The notes below the pieces were generated by a model. That model searched no databases and was not told the origin of the DNA. It worked only from the letters and a program-made list of their open reading frames with translations. Made by a program: the position numbers and the translations under genes. From an uncultured Chloroflexia bacterium (GTDB lineage: Bacteria; Chloroflexota; Limnocylindria; Limnocylindrales; CSP1-4), in the NCBI GenBank assembly GCA_963844945.1, contig CAWJQZ010000019.1, positions 48,775 through 112,774 on the forward strand: a DNA stretch of 64,000 nucleotides, read 5' to 3'. This document shows, one piece after another, positions 40,647-50,497 of this stretch (within the stretch, counting starts at the first letter, position 1; each line of letters starts with the position of its first letter).

Positions 40647-43016
40647 TCAGGGGGCCGGCGCCGCCGTCGGTCGGTCCGCGACGTCCGCGAGCACCGCGCG
40701 TCCAAGCCGGCCGGACAGGGCGGCCGCGAACGTCGCTGTCATGTGGCCTCCGTCGCGATAGACGAGCAGGTCGCCGAGAACCGCCGGGCAGGGGCTCGTC
40801 GGGCAGACCCATGGCGTCGGGTCGATGAACCCCGCCCCGCCCGCGGCGGCGGCTCCCCGCTCCACGGCGAGCCAGCCGGGGTCCAGGGCGTCCTCCACGG
40901 GGGTCGCGCAGTCGAGGACGCTCGTCGGGTGTGCCGAGAGGCAGACCGGCGGGTCCACCGCGGAGCGCGGCGTGTCGGCGAGGAGGATCACCCGTCCGGC
41001 AGACGCCCGCAGACGGTCGAGCGTCCGTGCCATCCCCGCCTCCCATGCGGCCGTCCGCGCGTCGCCCGCCACGACGGTCCCGTTGGCGTCGACGGTTGCG
41101 AAGCCGCGCGTTCCCGCGACCACCACGATGTCCGGGTGCTCCTGCGCGAGGCGTTCGAGCGCCCACGTCCGCCACTCGTCGCACGCGGGCACCACGCTCT
41201 TGAGCGTCGGGTTCCACGCCCGGATGTCGGCGGGCGAGCAGGCCGACATCGTGAGGTCGAGCAGGCGCCAGCCCTTGTCGGTGGCCAGGCCCTCCATCGT
41301 CGGGAACCAGGCGAGCGCGTGGCTGTCGCCGAAGAGCACGATCCGCGTCTTCCCGTTCGGGTCGCCGTAGATGCAGGAGCCCCTGGGCCGGCCCCCGTCC
41401 TGCTGGACGTGGCACCGGTCGAGGTACGCGCCCGGGAGGTCGCCGCGGGCGTCGGCGAGCGCGGGCGACAGGTCCGCCGGCACGGGGCCGTCCGGCGTCT
41501 GCCGGGTGGGGGCGAGCGGGAGACCGGTGGACGCGGTGGAGCCGGCCGATGCCGGGCTCGCCGAGGCGGCGTCCGGCGAGGTGGCCGCCGAGAGGGTGCC
41601 GGCGGTCGCCGTGCCGGCAGAGGCTCCGGTGCCCGCGGTCCCCGTGCGCGATGGGGTACCCGACCGCGGGGTCCTGCTCGGCCCCGGCGCGCCGCTCGGC
41701 CCCGTCGCGCCGCCCGGGGACGCGCCCGCAGGGTCGCTCGCGACCGGGCCCAGGAACGCGTCGAGCTGCTGCGCGGCCTCGGCGGCCCCGATCGTCCGTC
41801 CCTGGCCGTGCAGGCCGGCCGCGGCCGAGACGCCGACCGTGACCGACAGCATGACCACGGCGACCGTGAGCCCACCGGCCATCGCGAGGTTCCTCCGCGG
41901 CAGGGTCCCCACGACGCGCCCCCGCCGGATCGGCTCCTCCACCCACCGCTGCGTCGCGGCCGCGAGGGCGATCGAGATCCCGATGAGGACGAGGCGCTCC
42001 CACAGCGGCAGCGGGACGCCCAGCGCGATGATGGGGATCACGAGGACCGGCCAGTGCCACAGGTAGAGCGAGTAGGAGATGCGGCCGAAGAACCGCGGGA
42101 TCGCGGTCCCCAGGCACCGCGCCGGTCCGAACCGCGTCGCCCGCGACCCGGCCACGATGACGAGCGCAGCTCCCACGGTGGGCAGGAGCGCCGCCATGCC
42201 GGGGAACGGGGTCGCCTCGCCGATCGCGACGGCGGCGATCGCGATGAGGGCGATGCCGGTCCACCCCGCCACCGCGGCCGCCGGGCCCGGGATCCGCTCG
42301 AGTCGCGTCCCCGCGACGGCGAGCAGAGCGCCGAGGCCGAGCTCCCAGGCACGCGTCGGCAGCGAGAAGAAGGCCCAGGGCTGGTTGACGGACGTCAGCC
42401 AGAGGGCGAGGACGAACGAGACCACGCCGATCGCCGCGACGATCGCCCCGACCCGTCGGCCCGGGCGGAGCGCGCCGCGCGCGACGACGAAGACGATGAC
42501 CGGCCAGAGCAGGTAGAACTGCTCCTCGACGCCGAGGGACCAGAAGTGGAGGATCGGCGAAGGCGTCTGGCTGGCCGCGAAGTAGTCGGTCGCCTGCGCC
42601 GCGAAGCCCACGTTGGAGACGAACAGCGCGGCCGCGGCCGCGTCTGTCGCGGCACCGGGCACGAGGAGCGGCGGAAGGAGGACGACGGAGGCCGCGACGG
42701 TCACGAGGAGGACGACGGCGGCCGCCGGCAGGATGCGGCGCGCTCGTCGCGCGTAGAACGATGGGAGGGAGAGCGTCCCCGTCTCGCCGATCTCGCGGAG
42801 CATGAGGCCGGTGATCAGGAACCCCGAGATCACGAAGAAGACGTCGACGCCCACGAATCCGCCAGTGAACCCGGAGATCGATGCGTGGAAGAGGACCACG
42901 AGCAGGACCGCGATCGCCCGCAGCCCCTCGATGTCCGCGCGGCGTCCGCCGGCCGGGGTGACGGGCCGCCCGACACGGTGCGCCATCGGCGCGCGCCGAT
43001 CGATCGGGTGCGCCAT
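40647..43016 (-). CDS. acyltransferase-3 family membrane protein with C-terminal SGNH hydrolase domain (OatA-like O-acetyltransferase)
   Basis: Intact. IEGLRAIAVLLVVLFHA, FFVISGFLIT, about 10 TM helices, Ser/Thr/Gly/Pro linker, C-terminal IVLFGDSHA (SGNH block I). Confidence 0.8.
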   Translation of the reverse strand: MAHPIDRRAPMAHRVGRPVTPAGGRRADIEGLRAIAVLLVVLFHASISGFTGGFVGVDVFFVISGFLITGLMLREIGETGTLSLPSFYARRARRILPAAAVVLLVTVAASVVLLPPLLVPGAATDAAAAALFVSNVGFAAQATDYFAASQTPSPILHFWSLGVEEQFYLLWPVIVFVVARGALRPGRRVGAIVAAIGVVSFVLALWLTSVNQPWAFFSLPTRAWELGLGALLAVAGTRLERIPGPAAAVAGWTGIALIAIAAVAIGEATPFPGMAALLPTVGAALVIVAGSRATRFGPARCLGTAIPRFFGRISYSLYLWHWPVLVIPIIALGVPLPLWERLVLIGISIALAAATQRWVEEPIRRGRVVGTLPRRNLAMAGGLTVAVVMLSVTVGVSAAAGLHGQGRTIGAAEAAQQLDAFLGPVASDPAGASPGGATGPSGAPGPSRTPRSGTPSRTGTAGTGASAGTATAGTLSAATSPDAASASPASAGSTASTGLPLAPTRQTPDGPVPADLSPALADARGDLPGAYLDRCHVQQDGGRPRGSCIYGDPNGKTRIVLFGDSHALAWFPTMEGLATDKGWRLLDLTMSACSPADIRAWNPTLKSVVPACDEWRTWALERLAQEHPDIVVVAGTRGFATVDANGTVVAGDARTAAWEAGMARTLDRLRASAGRVILLADTPRSAVDPPVCLSAHPTSVLDCATPVEDALDPGWLAVERGAAAAGGAGFIDPTPWVCPTSPCPAVLGDLLVYRDGGHMTATFAAALSGRLGRAVLADVADRPTAAPAP

Positions 43017-43453
43017 GAGGACGGGTCGTCGCGGGGCAGGCGGCTGCGGGCCCCGGCGGGGTACGTGCCGGCGACCCGCGTCTCTCTTCGTCGCGGACGC
43101 TCCGTCCGCGGGAGTGGCGGCCAGGTGGGACATCGCCCTCGCTGCCGGGCCGTCGGGCACATCCGACCCACTCGCTGAGATCGCCGGTACAGGCCCGGCG
43201 GCCTCAGAGCGTATCACCCCGTCAACGGGGCCCGAACTTCGACACGGCCGGGCGCCGGGGCCGGGCCGGCGACCGGCGGCGGCCGACTATCCGGTTCGCC
43301 CCAGCCTCCTCATCCGCGCCACGGCGGCACCGAGCAGCGCCAGTCCCACGGCGAGCAGCCCCGCCAGCCTGCGTCGTTTCGGCGGACGACTGATGCGGTC
43401 GGAGAGCCTGACCTCTGGTCGAGCGCCGGAATGCGCGGAGTAGGCTGCGATCC

Positions 43454-44461
43454 ATGGACTTCGGATTCACGCTCAAGCCTGACCACGACATCGAACGCTT
43501 CATCGCGCTCACGAGGCGGGCGGAGGCTGCCGGGTTCAGCTACGGCTGGGTGTTCGACAATCACGTGCCGTTCAGGGAGGTGTATCCCCTCCTCACGCTG
43601 ATGGCCATCAACACCACGCGCATGCGCCTCGGCACCTGCGTGACGAACCCGGCAACGCGGGACCCGAGCGTGACAGCGAGCGCTCTCGCGACGCTCGATG
43701 AGATCTCGGGTGGCCGCATGGACCTCGGCATCGGCCGCGGTGACGCCTCGGTCCGCTCGCTCGGCAGGCCTCCCACGACCATGAAGACGCTGGAGCAGGC
43801 GGTGACGGTCATCCGCGACCTCGTCGAGGGCCGCACGACCGGATACGAGGGCGCCAGCTTGAGCCTGCCCTGGGCCAAGGGGTGGCAGCTGCCCACATGG
43901 ATCGCCGGCTACGGTCCGATGGCGCTCGCCCTGGCCGGCCGCACCGCCGACGGCCTGATCCTCCAGCTGGCGGATCCCGACCTGATCCGCTGGATGGTCG
44001 GCCTCATGCGTGATGCGGCCGAGACAGCCGGCCGGGATCCCGCCTCGATCAAGGTCCAGGCCGCGGCCCCAGCACACGTCGGCCGCATCGAGGAGTGCCG
44101 TGAGCATGTCCGCTGGTTCCCGGGCCTCGTCAGCGGTCACGTCGTCGACCTCGTGAACAGGTATCCAAGTGACCAGCTGCCCGGATCGTTGACCGGCTAC
44201 ATCCGAGATCGCGAGGGCAGCCACGATCGCCGCCGTGGCGAGTTCGGCGCTGCGAGCGCGGCGTTCGTCACGGACGATGTCGTTGATCGCTTCACCATCG
44301 TCGGCCCGCCCGAGGAGCACGTACGACGGCTCAGGGAACTCAGCGCGACCGGCGTCGACCAGTTCAACCTTTATCTCATGAGCGGGGACGAGGAAGCTCA
44401 GCTGGAGTGCTACGGCTCCACCGTCATCCCGGCGCTCAAGGCAGCGCTCGACGACGCCTGA
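43454..44461 (+). CDS. LLM-class F420-dependent (luciferase-like) oxidoreductase
   Basis: Intact. MDFGFTLKPDHDIERFIALTRRAEAAGFSYGWVFDNHV..., TIM-barrel luciferase-like family. Confidence 0.75.
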   Translation: MDFGFTLKPDHDIERFIALTRRAEAAGFSYGWVFDNHVPFREVYPLLTLMAINTTRMRLGTCVTNPATRDPSVTASALATLDEISGGRMDLGIGRGDASVRSLGRPPTTMKTLEQAVTVIRDLVEGRTTGYEGASLSLPWAKGWQLPTWIAGYGPMALALAGRTADGLILQLADPDLIRWMVGLMRDAAETAGRDPASIKVQAAAPAHVGRIEECREHVRWFPGLVSGHVVDLVNRYPSDQLPGSLTGYIRDREGSHDRRRGEFGAASAAFVTDDVVDRFTIVGPPEEHVRRLRELSATGVDQFNLYLMSGDEEAQLECYGSTVIPALKAALDDA

Positions 44462-44499
44462 CCCGGGACGCAGCCTGCTGAGCAGGCCCGCCACCCGAG

Positions 44500-44724
44500 C
44501 TACGCGTCAGAGTCGCGGCGATCGATGCGCCGCCCATCGCCGCGTCTCGCCACGGCCGAGCCGATGACGACGCCGAAGCCGGCGCCGAGCGCGATGCCAA
44601 GCGCGATCTCGCCGAAGATGACGCCAAACGCGATCCCGACCCCGGCGCCGATGGCGATCCACACTCCCAGCGCATCCGTCTTCCTCTTCGCGTCGGCCTG
44701 CGGCGTCTTGTCGCTCTCCGCCAT
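44500..44724 (-). CDS. small Gly-zipper membrane protein
   Basis: ALGVWIAIGAGVGIAFGVIFGEIALGIALGAGFGVVIGSAV. Confidence 0.45.
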   Translation of the reverse strand: MAESDKTPQADAKRKTDALGVWIAIGAGVGIAFGVIFGEIALGIALGAGFGVVIGSAVARRGDGRRIDRRDSDA

Positions 44725-44745
44725 GACGTCCCCTTTTGGTGCGTG

Positions 44746-45123
44746 TCAGTGTCTGGCCTGGTTGTAGACGACGCCGCCGAGGAACGAGCCCCAGAGGGCG
44801 ACGAGCAGCCAGAACGAGCTGTCGCCGGCGTTGCCCAGGCTCGCGAACTGCCAGGCCCAGTACGCCTGCACGGCGACGGCCATGACGCAGAACGAGAAGC
44901 GCATCGCGTTGCCGACGATGAACGTCTGACGCTCGTCCTGGGTCTCGTCGATGCGCTTGCCGCGCCATGCCATGAATGCGGCGGCGAGCCCGCTTACCAC
45001 GAGCAGGAAGATGCCGCCGGCGATGAGTCGTCCGGCGTTCGGGCCGTCAGACCACAGGCCGATGACGAGATAGGGCAGCGCGAGCACCGCCGCGATGAGG
45101 ATGGTCAGGCGTGCGGTCCTCAT
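44746..45123 (-). CDS. membrane protein (DUF2178-like, partner of XRE regulator)
   Basis: 125 aa, 4 TM helices. Directly downstream of a small XRE HTH gene. Confidence 0.5.
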   Translation of the reverse strand: MRTARLTILIAAVLALPYLVIGLWSDGPNAGRLIAGGIFLLVVSGLAAAFMAWRGKRIDETQDERQTFIVGNAMRFSFCVMAVAVQAYWAWQFASLGNAGDSSFWLLVALWGSFLGGVVYNQARH

Positions 45124-45124
45124 G

Positions 45125-45325
45125 TCAGTCTCCCTGCGTGAAACAGAAGAGCTCCTCGATGGTCACGCCCAGCATCCTGGCCAGCTTCCAGGCGAGCTCG
45201 AGAGACGGGTTGTAGCGGCCGCGCTCGATGGAGATGATCGTCTGGCGGCTGACCCCGGTCTTGGCAGCGAGGTCCTCCTGGCGCAGACCCGCCGCCACGC
45301 GCAGATCCTTGACCCGATTGACCAT
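45125..45325 (-). CDS. XRE-family helix-turn-helix transcriptional regulator
   Basis: LRVAAGLRQEDLAAKTGVSRQTIISIERGRYNPSLELAWKLARMLGVTIEELF. Confidence 0.8.
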   Translation of the reverse strand: MVNRVKDLRVAAGLRQEDLAAKTGVSRQTIISIERGRYNPSLELAWKLARMLGVTIEELFCFTQGD

Positions 45326-45509
45326 CACAGGTCCTCTGTCTCGCCGTGTAAAGTTGGCTTGACATGACTCTAGCAAGGAGAGGCACGCGCGTCAAGCCTC
45401 CTTTACATCACGCCAGGTGAACTCGCGTGCCCAGGTGCTGCCCTGTTCGAGCGGCAGGGGCGTCGGTTTTCCCGTGGCGACCCCCGACGTGGGGAGTAAC
45501 CTTCGGTCC

Positions 45510-45782
45510 ATGAAGGGCGATCGGGTCGAGGCAGTGGTCGACACGGGGCAGGGCGTGCAGACATTCGACATCGTCGCGACGCGAGCCGGTCGTCGCATCG
45601 AGGTCGTCACCTCCCGCGGGGTGGTCGAGGTGCGCGAGGTGACGCGGACGGGCACTCCGGTGCGCACCGGCCGGTTCATGACCAGCCGCCTCATCGCCCT
45701 CGTCGAGCATCCGGCGATCGACGAGAGGGGCCGTGTCGAAGTGACGACCCGGCACCGGCTCGAGGCCCGCGATCACCGATAG
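45510..45782 (+). CDS. hypothetical protein
   Basis: MKGDRVEAVVDTGQGVQTFDIVATRAGRRIEVVTSRGVVEVREV..., GC3-rich. No recognised domain. Confidence 0.35.
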   Translation: MKGDRVEAVVDTGQGVQTFDIVATRAGRRIEVVTSRGVVEVREVTRTGTPVRTGRFMTSRLIALVEHPAIDERGRVEVTTRHRLEARDHR

Positions 45783-45888
45783 TCGGCCGGCCGTTCGTGA
45801 TATCGGTCTGCGGACGGTGGCAGAGCCTCTGTCCGTGACGGGTTTCCTGCGCTACCCTCGGTCGCACACGTCGCGTCGGGGTGCCGGG

Positions 45889-46013
45889 TGGTCTGCTCGA
45901 TCTGCGGGACGGAGAACCGACCGGGACGGAGGTTCTGCGGAGGCTGCGCGGCCCCGCTCGCGCTTGTCTGCCCGTCCTGCGGCGTCGCCAACGAGCCGGA
46001 GATGCGCTGCTAG
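45889..46013 (+). pseudogene. double zinc-ribbon fragment (N-terminal module typical of actinobacterial adenylyl-cyclase/ATPase regulators)
   Basis: VVCSICGTENRPGRRFCGGCAAPLALVCPSCGVANEPEMRC then stop. Two CxxC...CxxC pairs in 40 aa. Confidence 0.45.
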
Positions 46014-46453
46014 GCCGCCCGGGCGGTGGCTTCCCCGACGAGGACGGCCCCGGGCGGGGCGACCGCCTGGAGCCGGGCCGCCGTGTTGACGAGATCCCCG
46101 GCCACCATCCCCTGGCCGGTCGCGCCGACGGTCACCGCCGCTTCACCGGTCAGGACCCTGGCGCGGGCGGCGAACGTGGGGCCGAGCCTCCGGACCGCAG
46201 CGACGAGCTCGAGGCCGGCCCGCACCGCCCGCTCGGCGTCGTCCTCGTGGGCGACCGGGGCACCCCAGACCGCCATGACCGCGTCGCCGATGAACTTCTC
46301 GACGCTCCCGCCGTGGCGGGCGATCACCTCGCCGGCGAGCTCGAAGTAGCGGGAGAGGATGTCGCGGACCTCCTCCGCGTCGCGCTCCTCGGCGAAGGGC
46401 GTGAACCCGACGAGGTCCGCGAAGAGCACCGAGACGTGCCGCCGCTCGGCCAC
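46010..46453 (-). pseudogene. class III adenylyl/guanylyl cyclase catalytic domain, truncated at its C-terminus
   Basis: RHVSVLFADLVGFTPFAE...VEKFIGDAVMAVWGAP...GDLVNTAARLQ. Ends GEATARAA-stop, about 40 aa short of a full CHD. Its stop overlaps the zinc-ribbon stop at CTAG 46010-46013. Confidence 0.6.
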
Positions 46454-46798
46454 GGGAACGGGAGCGCGTGCCGGCGCTTCGGCGCGCCGCGGTGCCGGAG
46501 GGGACGGGGTCGCTCCGGCCTCCGTCGCGATCGTCTTCGAGCCGGCCGGGGAGCAGTGCTAACGGCCCAGGCATGCATCGGACGACACCAGTCATCCCGG
46601 TGCCCGCCACAGCCGGGCATGTGAGTCCAGCGCGGCCGTGAATTACCCTCATCGGCGCACGGGCGGCAGGTGGTCCACGCTGGAGTCTGGCTCGACCGGT
46701 GAGGCATCCCGGCGAATGGGCCGATGACCCATCGCGGACCGTCGACGGCGCCTCGAGAGCTCGGGGCGCCGCCTTCAGGGCCAGCCCCGGTTCGCGAG

Positions 46799-47680
46799 CT
46801 AGGCGAGGAACCCCTCGACGAGTGCCGCCGTCTCGTCCGGCTGCTCGAGCTGCGGGAGGTCCCCGGCGCGCTCGATCGTCGTGCGCGAGAGGTGCTCGTT
46901 GGCGGCGGTGAGAGCATCCGATGCCGCGGCGTCGGTGAAGCGCGGGTGGTCGCCGAAGACGAGCAACGTCGGGTTCGCCAGGCGCCCGTACGCGTCGCCC
47001 GCGCGCGGGTCGTTGAGCAGCCCAGAGACGAAGGCGAGCGGTGCCCGCCAGGCGCCCGGCTGCTGGCAGGTCCGCCAGCAGTAGCGCTCGTACCCCGGGG
47101 GGATCCGCGCCGGGTCGGCGAATGTCTGGGCGAGGAACCAGCGGATCACCCGGCGGCGGGCGAGGATCGCGAAGAGGAGCCTGCCGACCCCCGTCGAGCG
47201 CAGGAACCTGTAGAGGGTCTGCGGGGCTCGGCCGGCGCCGCCCTCGAAGCGTCCGAACCCGGTCGGGCTGATCAGGACGATGCGCCCGAACCGCTCCGGA
47301 TGCTCGGCGGCCGCCACGACCACGTACTGCCCTGGCAGAGACAGGGCGACGACGTCGACGGAGGTCTCGCCCGGCTGCAGGGCCGCCGCCCGGATGGTCT
47401 CGAGTTGCTCGTCGTAGAGCGCGGGGCCGTAGGGCGCATCGGGCCGCTCCGACGTGCCGAAGCCGAGCCAGTCCACGAGCACGACGCGCCGGTGCGCGGC
47501 CAGCCGCGTCGCGAGGGGCGCGAGCTCCACGCCCGTCCCGGCCGCGTTGAAGCTGTGCAGGAGGAGGGCGGTCGGTCCCTCGCCGAGGACGTAGCCCGCG
47601 ACCCGGCCTGCGGGTGTCGCCACGTCGAGCGGGAGGCCCTGGACGGGAGGAGGAAGGGGGATCGTCATGGGGCCGATCAT
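46799..47680 (-). CDS. alpha/beta hydrolase
   Basis: Intact. LLLHSFNAAGTG...VDVVALSLPGQ nucleophile elbow. Confidence 0.7.
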   Translation of the reverse strand: MIGPMTIPLPPPVQGLPLDVATPAGRVAGYVLGEGPTALLLHSFNAAGTGVELAPLATRLAAHRRVVLVDWLGFGTSERPDAPYGPALYDEQLETIRAAALQPGETSVDVVALSLPGQYVVVAAAEHPERFGRIVLISPTGFGRFEGGAGRAPQTLYRFLRSTGVGRLLFAILARRRVIRWFLAQTFADPARIPPGYERYCWRTCQQPGAWRAPLAFVSGLLNDPRAGDAYGRLANPTLLVFGDHPRFTDAAASDALTAANEHLSRTTIERAGDLPQLEQPDETAALVEGFLA

Positions 47681-47853
47681 CCCACGTGCACGGGCGGGAC
47701 GGCGGCGATGCCGCCGAGGACGCTCGACGCACCGCTGCTCCCCGAGGTGGGCTGCGTCGTCGGCAGGCCCGGCCGTGAACAGGCATCCGCCCGGCTGCGT
47801 TACGCTGAGCGCAGGGCGTCGCGCTGGGCGTGGCCGCGGAAGCCAGGGGGAGC

Positions 47854-49431
47854 ATGAGCCTTCAGTCCGTCGACGCCGTCACCGGCCACGGTTCGTACAT
47901 GGCCCTCGCGCCGGATGTCCGGGTCGTCGCCGGACGGCTCGACGACCTCCCGTCCGACGTGCTCGACGGGCTGCGCCACCACGTCGCGGGCGGCGGATCG
48001 CTCCTCATCGCCCCGGAGCCCGGCGACGCGATCGCCGCCGAGATGGCGGGCGTGGCGGTCGCGGGCGTGCATCCGGCCGCGGAATGGTTCGTCATCCTCG
48101 CCGCTCGCCCCGAGGCGGTCCGTCTCGATGCTGAAGCGCCGCTGACGTCGGTCCTGCGATCGCTGGCCCCCCTCTCGGCCGACGTCGCCGTGGCGGCGGC
48201 GACGAGCATCGCGCTCACCGACCGGCCGGTGATCACCGTCCGGTCGGTCGGGTCCGGGCGGGTCGTCGCCGTCGGGGTCGCGGACCTGGAGCGGGTCATC
48301 GCCCACCCGACGCTCGGTCGCTACGTGGGACGACTCCTGCGCACCGTCCCGCCCGACGCCGCGCGGGAGATCCGCGTCGCGATCGTGGGCTATGGACCGT
48401 ACGGCGGGATGGGCTACCTCCACGGGCTCGCGTGCGCGGAGACAGAGGGGCTCCGGCTGACGGCGGCCGCGGACCAGGTCCCGGAGCGCCTCGCCGCCGC
48501 CGCCGCCGACTTCACCGGTCTACGCACGTATCCGGACGCGGCATCGCTCGCCCGCGACGACGCGGTAAACCTCGCGATCGTCGCGACGCCCCCCGCCAGC
48601 CATGCGACGATCGCCATCGAGCTCCTGCGCGCCGGCCGGCACGTGGTGCTCGAGAAGCCGATGTGCCTGACCGTGGCAGAGGCGGACCTGCTCGTCGCGG
48701 AGGCCACACGGGCAGAACGGATGCTCACCGTCCACCAGAGCCGGCGGTGGGATCGGGACTTCTTGGCTCTTCGCGAGGTCGTGTCGAGCAGCCGGATCGG
48801 CGAGGTTTTCAACGTCGAGACGTTCGTGGGCGGCTTCGACCACCCGTGCCGCCTGTGGCACTCGGACGAGGACGCCTCCGGCGGGGCGATCTTCGACTGG
48901 GGCTCGCATCACGTCGACTGGATCCTCCGCCTGTACGGCTCGCGCCCGGTGCGGGTCCTCGTGTCGGCCCACAAGCGTGCCTGGCACGACGTGACGAACG
49001 CCGACCAGGTAACGGTGTGGATGCAGTGGTCCGACGGCCGCGAGGCCACGTTCCGCCAGAGCGAGATCGCGGCCATCCGCCGCCCCAAGTTCTACGTGCA
49101 GGGGACCGCCGGCACGATCGAGGGCCACTACCGGCCTCTCGTCGCGGAGACGGTCGAGCCGGGCCGCGGGTACATCGATCGTCACGAGCACCATGCCGAG
49201 GCGCCGGTCGCGCTCCGCATCGCCCGGTACGAGGGTCCGGGCCGGATCGGGCAGGAGGTCGTCCAGCCGGCCGCGAGCGCCGGCTGGACGTTCCACCGCA
49301 ACCTGGCCGACCACCTGCTGCTCGGCGAGCCCCTTGCCGTGCCACCCATGGAGAGCCGCGAGGTCGTCGCCGTCCTCGAGGCGGCCCAACGGTCGGCGGC
49401 CGCCGGCGGTGTCCTCGTCGACGTGGGCTGA
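47854..49431 (+). CDS. fusion: ThuA-like N-terminal domain plus Gfo/Idh/MocA-family oxidoreductase
   Basis: IRVAIVGYGPYGGMGYLHG (Rossmann GxGxxG), EKPMCLTVAEADLL. About 170-aa N-terminal extension. Confidence 0.65.
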   Translation: MSLQSVDAVTGHGSYMALAPDVRVVAGRLDDLPSDVLDGLRHHVAGGGSLLIAPEPGDAIAAEMAGVAVAGVHPAAEWFVILAARPEAVRLDAEAPLTSVLRSLAPLSADVAVAAATSIALTDRPVITVRSVGSGRVVAVGVADLERVIAHPTLGRYVGRLLRTVPPDAAREIRVAIVGYGPYGGMGYLHGLACAETEGLRLTAAADQVPERLAAAAADFTGLRTYPDAASLARDDAVNLAIVATPPASHATIAIELLRAGRHVVLEKPMCLTVAEADLLVAEATRAERMLTVHQSRRWDRDFLALREVVSSSRIGEVFNVETFVGGFDHPCRLWHSDEDASGGAIFDWGSHHVDWILRLYGSRPVRVLVSAHKRAWHDVTNADQVTVWMQWSDGREATFRQSEIAAIRRPKFYVQGTAGTIEGHYRPLVAETVEPGRGYIDRHEHHAEAPVALRIARYEGPGRIGQEVVQPAASAGWTFHRNLADHLLLGEPLAVPPMESREVVAVLEAAQRSAAAGGVLVDVG

Positions 49432-49436
49432 GGACG

Positions 49437-50398
49437 TGGACCCCGTCGGCTTCGGCGTCATCGGGGCGCGCTCGTTCGTCGCGACCCGGGCGGTGATCCC
49501 GGCGATCCGGGCGTCCGCCTCGGCGCGGCTGGTCGCCGTCGCGAGTCGAGGCGGACCGGTCTCGGCAGGCCTCGAACCGGTCGACGCCGGATCGTACGCG
49601 GCGGTGCTTGCGAACCCTCAGGTCGAGGCCGTGTACATCCCGCTCCCCAACGGGCTCCACCGGGAATGGGCCGAACGGGCGGCGGCGGCCGGGAAGCACG
49701 TCCTCTGCGAGAAGCCGCTCGCGCCGAGCGCCGCGGATGCGGACGCGATGTTCGCCGGTGCGGCGAGGTCGGGCGTCCTGCTCGCCGAAGCCTGGGCCAC
49801 GCCCTTCCAGCTTCGTTGGCGGCGCGCGCTGGAGATGGCCGGCTCGGGCCGGCTCGGGTCGGTCCACCACGTCCGGACCGAGTTCACGTTCACGATCGCG
49901 CCCGACCGGGCAGGGGACTTCCGCTGGGACCCCGCGCAGGGCGGGGGCGCGCTGCTCGACGTCGGTGTCTACTGCCTCGGGCCGGCCGTCGGGCTCTGGG
50001 GTGCCGAGCCGGTGGACGTGTCGGCGAGCGTCTCCCCGGGACGGACCGGCGTCGACATCACGACCGCCGCCTGGTGCGACTGGGGGGATGGCCGGACGGC
50101 GTCCATGCTCGCCTCCTTCGAGCTGCCGGAGCGCCAGCTCCTCGAGGTCGCCGGGACGGGCGGTCGCCTGGTCATCGAGGATCGGGCGCACACGGGTGGC
50201 GTCGGCGCGAGCACGATCGAGCTCGTGCTTCGGGACGGCCGGCGCGAGACGCTCCACCTGCCCGACGACGATCCGTACGAGCGGATGGTCGCCGCCTTCG
50301 CCGCGGCGGTCCGCGGCGAAGCCGTCTGGCCGCGCCCCGCCTCCGACGTCCTGGGATCGCTCGGCCTGCTCGACCGCATCCGCTCGAGCGCCAGCTGA
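49437..50398 (+). CDS. Gfo/Idh/MocA-family oxidoreductase
   Basis: GFGVIGARSFVATRAVIPAI...CEKPLAPSAADADAM. Confidence 0.7.
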
Positions 50399-50497
50399 CG
50401 AGCAGCGCGGCGTGGCCGCAGGCCGCCCGCGAGGGCCGGGACGGCCACGCGCGCGGTCGACAGGAGCGCTTTCGGGGTCACCGACGACGCCTGCCTC

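Noticed and set aside
22287-40800. Recurrent short peptides MSRVRDPSPAPLPRF... (plus) and ...SGRRVSNPRHSAWKA... (minus) appearing in six places
   Set aside because: These are simply six-frame translations of the repeated tRNA-Gly 3-prime fragment (GTCGCGGGTTCGAGACCCGTCTCCCGCTCC), not a gene family.
40377-43178. 933-aa plus-strand ORF antisense to the acyltransferase gene
   Set aside because: It is antisense to an intact AT3-SGNH gene. Its translation is low-complexity Arg/Gly/Asp/Glu.
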